Origin: Verrucomicrobiales bacterium
GTDB lineage: Bacteria > Verrucomicrobiota > Verrucomicrobiia > Verrucomicrobiales > V1-33
DNA: 64,000 bases
Reading direction: 5' to 3'
NCBI GenBank assembly: GCA_947460575.1
Contig: CANHIJ010000005.1
Location: forward strand, 2,388-66,387
Under the pieces are notes generated by a model, which saw only the letters and a program-made list of their open reading frames with translations, searched no databases and was not told where the DNA came from. Below, piece by piece: positions 40,914 to 47,567 of this stretch. The position numbers and the translations under genes were made by a program. Numbering within the stretch: position 1 is the stretch's first letter; every line of letters starts with the position of its first letter.

Positions 40914-41112
40914 GGTTTCGAAACCTCACTGAAAATGTCCCTGAGTCCATTTGTGGCTCCGCCTAGCCAAGCATAGCCTGCCGGGCGCCCCGCTGGTGGT
41001 AGGCTATTTGCCAGCCAAGAACCGGCACGCGGCCGATGGGGACGGGGCGTCACTGGCCGACGCGGCGTGATCGTTTGTGGGACCGCCCTTTCCCTGCTCA
41101 CCGGCATTATGG

Positions 41113-41333
41113 ATGCCCCAACGGGGCATGGCATACCAGCCCAGGGCAAGGCCCTGGGTAGGGTTAACAGCGAGCCGGTGCGTTCTGCAGGAACGCCGCA
41201 TCGCACTTGATGGGGCCAACGCCCGCCGCGCGTTAGGATGCGGCGTTCCTGCAGAACGCGGGGATCAAGGACCTTGGCCTACCCAGGGCCTTGCCCTGGG
41301 CTGGTATGCGCAGCCCCTTTGGGGCAGAGCTGC
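41113..41333. repeat. compound palindromic (MITE/REP-like) repeat cluster
   Basis: Perfect 32-nt inverted repeat GCATACCAGCCCAGGGCAAGGCCCTGGGTAGG (41131-41162) / its reverse complement (41278-41309). Nested perfect 23-nt inverted repeat GCGTTCTGCAGGAACGCCGCATC (41180-41202 / 41237-41259). The 17-18-nt spacers between the modules are unrelated. Each module is itself a small hairpin. Flanking hairpins are ATGCCCCAACGGGGCAT (41113-41129) and GCCCCTTTGGGGC (41313-41325). Confidence 0.85.
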
Positions 41334-41334
41334 C

Positions 41335-41410
41335 GCCATGGCCGAGGTCATTGGCGTCGGGGAAAGTACAAGCCTTCGTCTTATAACAAATTTATGATGA
41401 GCAACTTGCG
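41335..41410 (+). repeat. 76-nt element, copy 2 (first copy at 9593..9668)
   Basis: GCCATGGCCGAGGTCATTGGCGTCGGGGAAAG + 28 nt + TGATGAGCAACTTGCG. Internal spacing is identical to copy 1. It directly abuts the palindromic cluster and ends 6 nt before the stop codon of the minus-strand glycosidase-like gene. Confidence 0.7.
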
Positions 41411-41415
41411 CAGAC

Positions 41416-43107
41416 TCATTCGGGAGGAAGAGCTGCCGTCAACCTAGCCAACTTTTCTCCGTGGGCGATTTCTCGGCCATCCGCCCACACGTGCAAACCC
41501 GCTCCGTGCCCGTAGCGCGCGCCCGTCCTGTCCCAGAAAATCGCCACATTTCTCCTGTGATAGGCGACGTTGTCTAAACAGAAATATTCCAGCGCTCCCT
41601 CGGGCACCAAGGGATTGACCTCAAGGAGATCATCGCCCCGCGGGCGCAGGCCCACCAAGCCGGTGATAACCACATCGCAGAAGGTGGAATGGTTGTAATC
41701 CCGACCCCGCGTCTCCGGGTACTTGCCTACCATAATCCAGCGGCCGGTGTCGGGATTGAGCGACTCGTCAATCCACATCACGACGCGGCCATCCTCCAGG
41801 GTGAGGTGGTGGCTTCGCGTATAGGCTTGGAGTAAGTCGAAATACTCCTTTTTGCCTAACGGAGCGTCGCGATTGTCATTGAGCACATTGGCTAGGCCCG
41901 TCAGCGCCTGCGCGGTGGCAAAGGGCCAACTAGCTCCGCACCACATGCAGCCCTCGGCATTGATCCGAAAATGGGGGTGCCGCCGCTCCGCCACCGCCGG
42001 GCCGTACTTCCCCAAAAATCCCTCGGGCTCAACCAGTTGCCGCCAGGCCTCCTCGTAGCCGCGCCCCGCCTCGGGAAGATGGAAATACCACGGGACCAAG
42101 CCAAAAATTTCCCGCCCCTTGACCCGCTGTCCCGGATCGCAGGCCTCCGCGGCGTCGTTTTGGTATTGGTGGCTCGGCACCTGGGCATGGCGCATCACTT
42201 GGAAGCTTTTCCCTACCGGATCCCACAATTCCTCCTGTATCTTCTGCCGCAAATCGCTCGCTTCCTTGGCATAGCGCTCCGCCATTTCCTTCCGGCCCGC
42301 CAATTCCGCCATCCGCGACAAGGCCACCGCTCCGCCATACATATAGGAATTGATCGGCGGCCGGATGCCCGTCCCGCCAATGGAAACCTCCTGGCCTTCC
42401 CAGGAGTCGATCTGCCAATAAAGGCCATTATCCAAGAGTCGACTTTTCTGCCAGGCGTCCCCAGGAGCACCATCCTGCTTCCAGGCCTCATGGTTGTCCA
42501 CCAGTTGGTCCAACAAACCGGTCACGAACGACTTGTCCGCGTTAACCAAATAGCGCGCATAAATGCCGTCGGTGATCCACTGCGAATACTGTTTGCTCCG
42601 GCCGCCCGGATCGCCGCCTTTGCCGAAGTAGAACTGGGTGTAGTCGTCGATGATGCCCCCATCGCGGAGCCAACGTCCTTCGTACAAGTGATGGCCCACC
42701 GGGCAGTTGATGGTGTTGTATTTCTTGCTCCAACTGACCTGCGGAAGAAACTCGGTGACGACATACCCCTCAGGATGCTTGACCACATGTTTTCGATAGG
42801 TCCACCAACGGAAAAAATAAGTTTCCTCCAGGCTTTTGTCGGAACACTCGAAGATAGGGACGTTCCGTTCCATCCAGGCCGCGGCTTGAGCGTTGCTAAT
42901 GACCGTGGCGGATCCGTCGGCAGGCAAACCGACGGCGGTATCGTCCGGGCGCTGGCTGTTAAAGGTAGCCACATAGGCCCGCAGGGCATCAGGCTTCAGA
43001 AGCGCCGCCGCGCGATCGACCGAAGCCTCGCCGCCACTTGCGGTAGCTGGGGCCAAGAGAGCGGGGGCCAGACCGAGCAGGCCAGCCAGCAAGAGGGAAA
43101 GTTGCAT
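41416..43107 (-). CDS. secreted six-hairpin (alpha/alpha)6 glycoside-hydrolase-like protein (GH63/MGH1-like; tentative)
   Basis: Trimmed to MQLSLLLAGLLGLAPALLAPATA (ATG complement 43105-43107). Motifs FECSDKSLEETYFFRWWTYRKH, WQIDSWEGQE and WCGASWPFATAQAL resemble trehalase/GH63-like six-hairpin enzymes. Confidence 0.55.
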   Translation of the reverse strand: MQLSLLLAGLLGLAPALLAPATASGGEASVDRAAALLKPDALRAYVATFNSQRPDDTAVGLPADGSATVISNAQAAAWMERNVPIFECSDKSLEETYFFRWWTYRKHVVKHPEGYVVTEFLPQVSWSKKYNTINCPVGHHLYEGRWLRDGGIIDDYTQFYFGKGGDPGGRSKQYSQWITDGIYARYLVNADKSFVTGLLDQLVDNHEAWKQDGAPGDAWQKSRLLDNGLYWQIDSWEGQEVSIGGTGIRPPINSYMYGGAVALSRMAELAGRKEMAERYAKEASDLRQKIQEELWDPVGKSFQVMRHAQVPSHQYQNDAAEACDPGQRVKGREIFGLVPWYFHLPEAGRGYEEAWRQLVEPEGFLGKYGPAVAERRHPHFRINAEGCMWCGASWPFATAQALTGLANVLNDNRDAPLGKKEYFDLLQAYTRSHHLTLEDGRVVMWIDESLNPDTGRWIMVGKYPETRGRDYNHSTFCDVVITGLVGLRPRGDDLLEVNPLVPEGALEYFCLDNVAYHRRNVAIFWDRTGARYGHGAGLHVWADGREIAHGEKLARLTAALPPE

Positions 43108-43154
43108 CGGGTTCTTCAATCTGAAGGAGGAAAGTCTCTTAAAGTTGCTCCCAC

Positions 43155-44267
43155 TTAACGCAGCACGACAAAACTGCCATCCAGCCGTGCATAGGTGGCG
43201 GGGTAGCTCCACACTGGGAGCTTCCCGCCGTCCCCTGATTTCGCGACGAGTCCCTGGGGATCCAGAATGTCCCAGTGCAGGGTTCCAGCCTTGGACCAGC
43301 CGGAGCCAATGATGCTGGCAATGATGGTTTGTCCTTTGGCATTTCGGGCAAGGGTAGGGTGCTTGGCGTTCTTTGGACCGATTTTCTGCGACGTGGTATT
43401 TTCCGCTAGGTAAGCGGTAACGATTTGCCCGTCATTTTCCCATGCGCCACGAAGCGCCGGGCCGGATGCCATAAGACTGGCGCTGCTCATGGGGCAAATG
43501 GCGACGCGCCAGTCGTCGAGCTTCTTCAAGGTGGGTTCTCCCGCCTTACAGGTGATGAGCCACATGCCGCGTTCGGTGGGAGTGGTCGCGGCGCGGTAAA
43601 GCACATGCAACGTCCCATCATCCCCAAGATGCGCCCGCAAAGAGCAGCAGGCACAAACTCCGGGCTTTGGTTCGTTCAACGCCGCCGGGGGTGCGAAAGT
43701 GGCGCCGTTATCCTCTGAATAACGAACCCACACGCGACGGGCGCTTTCGTCATCTTTTCCGGGCGGTGCGGCGTGCCAGACGACGGCGACGCGGCCTTTG
43801 CCATTGGCGGCGATGGATGCGCCGCCATCGAGCGCCGTCGTATCGCCCAGCAAATTTTGTTGGAGGCTGAAGGTCCTCGCTCCCGGCACTAGCCGCGCGT
43901 GGAGCAGCGGGGCTTGCGCCATTTTGTTTGGCTTGGCTTCGGCGTTGCCATTCCAAATCACCTGGACGCTGCCGTCTTTGCCTAGTGCCATTTGCGCACC
44001 GCGAATGGTACCAGTGGCAATAGCGGAATGGGGCGTGCTGTTTACCGTCTCTGGCGCGTTCCACGCGCCACCTGCCAGGGGTCGCGTGGTGTGGCGGATA
44101 TCACAGGCCTCGGGATCGCCTTTCAAATAGACCAGATGCACCACTCTTTCCGCAGTCACCGCAACTTGCGGTTGGATCCCTGGCTCCGGCAGGGACTCGA
44201 CCTGCACCTGCGCGCTGAGTGAAGCCGCCAGGAGCAGCCAAAGAAGAAAAGGAAGCTTCATGATCAT
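43155..44267 (-). CDS. secreted BNR/sialidase-like beta-propeller protein, hypothetical
   Basis: Signal peptide MIMKLPFLLWLLLAASLSAQ. One clear Asp-box (YSEDNGATF) plus degenerate ones (GKDGSVQVIW). Repeated strand patterns suggest a propeller. Confidence 0.55.
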   Translation of the reverse strand: MIMKLPFLLWLLLAASLSAQVQVESLPEPGIQPQVAVTAERVVHLVYLKGDPEACDIRHTTRPLAGGAWNAPETVNSTPHSAIATGTIRGAQMALGKDGSVQVIWNGNAEAKPNKMAQAPLLHARLVPGARTFSLQQNLLGDTTALDGGASIAANGKGRVAVVWHAAPPGKDDESARRVWVRYSEDNGATFAPPAALNEPKPGVCACCSLRAHLGDDGTLHVLYRAATTPTERGMWLITCKAGEPTLKKLDDWRVAICPMSSASLMASGPALRGAWENDGQIVTAYLAENTTSQKIGPKNAKHPTLARNAKGQTIIASIIGSGWSKAGTLHWDILDPQGLVAKSGDGGKLPVWSYPATYARLDGSFVVLR

Positions 44268-44448
44268 TGTCGGGAATTCGATGTTGGAATGGGTCAGCTA
44301 GTGGCGTGGTTCCTGTCGGGAGTGCCGAGGCTTTGGTGGAGGGTGCCTTTTTTAACTTCACGTCCCCGGAGCCAAAGAAAGATCACCGGGTCTCCTGAGG
44401 TCGGCTCTCGGTGTTCCGATGTCACCAGGAAATCCCGGACCCATTGTT

Positions 44449-44979
44449 CTAACTTTCATCAAGGAGAGAAGTGCGGACGAGGGGATGCCGGAAGTGCTCG
44501 TCGAGCCAGGCTTGGAGGCGCGCCATGGCGGGAACGAGTTCCGGAGGAAGTGGCTTGTCACTCTGGGAAGCCCCCGCGAGGGCGGTGGCGTAGCGTTGCG
44601 CGAGCGGTTTGCGCAGGTTGTTGCCCTGCGTGGAAGCGAGGAGCCGTTCCATGTCGCGGATCTGTCGCTGGGCTTGGCGGATGCGGTCCAGGGCCTCAAC
44701 CTCGGCAAGTTCACCCGCGGCCACCCCTTGATATTGGCGGCATTCAAAAAGGCGGCATCGGCTAGGCCGGTCCCGGTATAAGCCGCAGAGCCTTCCGGCC
44801 AAGGCTGCACAGGGCTGGTTGAACCACTGGCCTTGCTTGATCTTGAGACCGCGAGCCGTTAGGGCTTTGGCATTGTCCGCGGGCTGCAGTTTCACCACAT
44901 CAAAGAGCGCGCCGCTACAGCACAGACCGCAGTCCAAGCAAAGCCTGGTGGCAGCATCGCGGTCGGGATCGGGGGACAC
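44449..44979 (-). CDS. YkgJ-family Cys-cluster (CxxCxxCC) zinc/iron-chelating protein
   Basis: N-terminal CLDCGLCCSG plus the downstream C...C pairs (QPCAAL..RLCGLY, RCRLFEC) typical of the UPF0153/YkgJ family. No signal peptide. Confidence 0.7.
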   Translation of the reverse strand: MSPDPDRDAATRLCLDCGLCCSGALFDVVKLQPADNAKALTARGLKIKQGQWFNQPCAALAGRLCGLYRDRPSRCRLFECRQYQGVAAGELAEVEALDRIRQAQRQIRDMERLLASTQGNNLRKPLAQRYATALAGASQSDKPLPPELVPAMARLQAWLDEHFRHPLVRTSLLDES

Positions 44980-45062
44980 GGTAGATTTTTAGATCTAGGC
45001 CGGGTTGGGGGCAAGTCCTAGCGAAGGGTTTCGCCGCCACCCGCGCGGCAAGTCCGGTAGCT

Positions 45063-46007
45063 TCATCGCCGCAACCCTCCCTTCGCGGGGTCTTCCGGAG
45101 TGTCGAGTACCATGAGTTGATTCATGGTTTTGAAGCGGGCGTGGTCCTTGAATTCCCACACCACTTTTTTCTCCCGGGTCACTTCAAAGGCCTGCGGCTG
45201 CTGTCCCAGAAAACCACCTCCCAGCCAGTTGCCAATAATGGTATTGCCGTTGGGGAGTCTCTGGCACGCCGCCGGGAGTCGCAGGGGATTGCCCGGCAAT
45301 TCATTTTCGCTAATGTCCCAGACGATTTTAAGGTTCGCGTCCAATTCGATCACCCGTTTCGCCATTCCCAGGGTAACCAGCAAATGCCCGTCCGGCAGTA
45401 CGATGGCCTCATGGGGAAACCCAGGCACGGGAATCTCCCGCAGCACATCGCCCGCCTCGGCTAGTTCGACAATTTTTTGCTCGTCCATCAGGCACACCCA
45501 GTAGTGGCCGTCCGGGGTTTTGCGGGTCCCGCGGAACTGGTGCGAAAGGTTTTTCGCGGCCGAAGCCACCTTGATTTCCTTGGCGATCTTCCCATCGCGT
45601 CCCACCTCAACGAGGCGCCCCAACGAGCACTCCGCTACCAACACCCGACCGTCCGGCAAAGGCTGGCACGAGTGACATTGCGCGGCCGGAGGGGCATCAT
45701 AGCGCCACACAATTTCTTTTTTCGGAGATACCTCTTTGGCTCCCCCAGATTCGCAAAAGAGCACATTCCCGTTGGCCAGGAGCCAGCAATCTTGCGGCGA
45801 TACTGCAGGAAACTCCCATTCCACAGATCCGTCCGCCGCGACGATGGCGACCTTATTGCCGACATAGTCCGCCCCCACGAATCGATGGGTCACCGGCCCT
45901 AGTTCCGCGGCAGGAAGCAGCCCCCCCGCGCACAGGGTAACCAAGAAAAACGACGAAAGAAAACACCGGCGGCGGGTGCCTGGGGAAAAATAGGGCATCT
46001 GGTTCAT
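45063..46007 (-). CDS. secreted PQQ-like/BamB-like beta-propeller repeat protein, hypothetical
   Basis: Trimmed to MNQMPYF... with a hydrophobic signal/anchor (CFLSSFFLVTLCAGGLLPAAE). Recurrent ...G.(I/V)VW(E/R/D)... strands (SVEWEF, EIVWRYD, KIVWDIS, KVVWEFK) indicate a propeller. Confidence 0.55.
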   Translation of the reverse strand: MNQMPYFSPGTRRRCFLSSFFLVTLCAGGLLPAAELGPVTHRFVGADYVGNKVAIVAADGSVEWEFPAVSPQDCWLLANGNVLFCESGGAKEVSPKKEIVWRYDAPPAAQCHSCQPLPDGRVLVAECSLGRLVEVGRDGKIAKEIKVASAAKNLSHQFRGTRKTPDGHYWVCLMDEQKIVELAEAGDVLREIPVPGFPHEAIVLPDGHLLVTLGMAKRVIELDANLKIVWDISENELPGNPLRLPAACQRLPNGNTIIGNWLGGGFLGQQPQAFEVTREKKVVWEFKDHARFKTMNQLMVLDTPEDPAKGGLRR

Positions 46008-46076
46008 AACAAATTGTAAGCGGTTTGGTCGGGGATCAAAAATAGGGCCGCACGGCAAGGCGGTTGGCCCAATGGA

Positions 46077-47504
46077 TCAGGCCAGCACTTCAGAAACCAC
46101 GTCGCCGTGGACATCGGTGAGGCGCCGATCTACCCCGGAGGTGCGGAAGGTAAGCTTGCGGTGGTCGATGCCCATGAGGTGCAGAATGGTGGCATGGAGG
46201 TCATAACAATAGGTGACCCCCTCCTCGGCCTTGAAACCGAGATCATCGCTGTGGCCGTGCGCGGTGCCGGCCTTGACCCCAGCGCCAGCCATCCACGTGA
46301 CAAAGGAGTTCCCATTGTGGTCACGGCCGAGCGATCCCTGCTCAAAGGGGGTGCGCCCGAATTCGGTGGTGAAGACCACCAGGGTGTCGTCGAGCAACCC
46401 CCGGCCTTTGAGGTCGCCGAGGAGCCCCGCGATGGGCAGATCGACGCTGGCGGCAATGGGTGGCAACTCAGTGAGGATGCTGCTGTGGTTGTCCCAGTTG
46501 TTGACCGCACCCTGCGGGCCGCTCCAGACCTGAACCACCCGACTGCCCCGCTCAATGAGGCGGCGCGCTAGCAAGCAGCGGCGCCCAAAGTCCTCCGTGA
46601 TCGGATTTTCCAATCCATAAGCGGCCCGCGTCACTGGCGTCTCGCTCGTAAGGTCAAACGCCTCGGGGGCGCTCAACTGCATCTTGGCCGCCAATGCATA
46701 GCTGGCGATGCGCGCGTCGAGTCGGCTATCGTCGGGGTGGGACCCGGCGTGCTGGCGGTTCATTTTTTGGAGCAGGTCGAGCGCCGCGGCATCGGCGGTC
46801 GGGCCGGTGAAGGCATACTTTTTGTCGGCAAAGAGGTCGGGGACCGGCTGGGCGGAGCCGGCGTGGATGATAGTGCCCTGATGCCGCGAGGGTAAAAAAG
46901 CAGAGCTGAAATTCCCCTTCTGATTGTAGGGCAAGCCGCGGGCATCGGGCAGCACCACAAAGGTTGGCAAGTTGTCCACTAGGCTCCCCAGCCCGTAGGA
47001 GATCCACGCTCCCATGCAGGGAAATCCCGGAAGCGTGAAGCCAGTATTCATCATGTAGCTGCCCGGCCCGTGCACGCTCGTCTTGGTGGTCATGGCCATC
47101 AGAAAGGCCATCTCGTCCACCCACTTCGCCTGGTGCGGGAACACGCTGCTCACCCAGCGCCCACTTTGCCCGTGCTGCTTAAATTCAAATGGGCTCTTCA
47201 TTACTGCCCCGCATTCCCCGGTCTGGCCCTCCGGCTTTTCTTTGGGTCCAATCTTTTGCCCATGAAGCCGAGCCAACTCCGGCTTGTAGTCAAAGGTGTC
47301 CATCTGGCTGACCCCGCCATTCATGAACAACTGAATGACCCGCTTCACCTTCGCCGGATGGTGCAGCCCGCCATGGAACGCCGGGCGCGGGACGGGCATC
47401 CCCCCCAGGGCGTCGCGGCTGAGCAGTTGCGCCAGGGCGAGACCCGCGGCTCCGCCACCGGCCTGCCAGAGGAAATCGCGCCGGGAAGAAATCGTGGAAT
47501 TCAT
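46077..47504 (-). CDS. DUF1501-family Tat-exported sulfatase-fold protein
   Basis: Sequence MNSTISSRRDFLWQAGGGAAGLALA (twin-Arg signal); ...FMNGGVSQMDTFDYKP...; ...VFTTEFGRTP...GRDHN.NSF..WMAGAG. Paralogous to 15239..16660. Confidence 0.85.
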   Translation of the reverse strand: MNSTISSRRDFLWQAGGGAAGLALAQLLSRDALGGMPVPRPAFHGGLHHPAKVKRVIQLFMNGGVSQMDTFDYKPELARLHGQKIGPKEKPEGQTGECGAVMKSPFEFKQHGQSGRWVSSVFPHQAKWVDEMAFLMAMTTKTSVHGPGSYMMNTGFTLPGFPCMGAWISYGLGSLVDNLPTFVVLPDARGLPYNQKGNFSSAFLPSRHQGTIIHAGSAQPVPDLFADKKYAFTGPTADAAALDLLQKMNRQHAGSHPDDSRLDARIASYALAAKMQLSAPEAFDLTSETPVTRAAYGLENPITEDFGRRCLLARRLIERGSRVVQVWSGPQGAVNNWDNHSSILTELPPIAASVDLPIAGLLGDLKGRGLLDDTLVVFTTEFGRTPFEQGSLGRDHNGNSFVTWMAGAGVKAGTAHGHSDDLGFKAEEGVTYCYDLHATILHLMGIDHRKLTFRTSGVDRRLTDVHGDVVSEVLA

Positions 47505-47567
47505 AGATCGAAGGGAGTTTTGGGCTTGGCTAAAATCGGAAATTAAATCGACCGCGGCGCCGCTGGT

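Noticed and set aside
40914-40925. GGTTTCGAAACC palindrome and other GC-rich hairpins in intergenic regions checked as possible tRNA/T-arm or small RNA genes.
   Set aside because: No cloverleaf can be built around it (no GTTCGAATC-type T-loop context, no acceptor stem). I saw no tRNA- or rRNA-like sequence in any gap over 100 bp. tRNAscan-SE/Infernal were not run.
41077-41397. 106-aa ORF spanning the palindromic cluster (…GMAYQPRARPWVG…GLALGWYAQPLWG…) as a real small protein.
   Set aside because: Its sequence is dictated by the inverted repeats, with both arms translated in one frame. It has no start context, and similar peptides are a known by-product of palindromic repeats. Only its last 17-19 codons (the 76-nt element) show a coding-like pattern.
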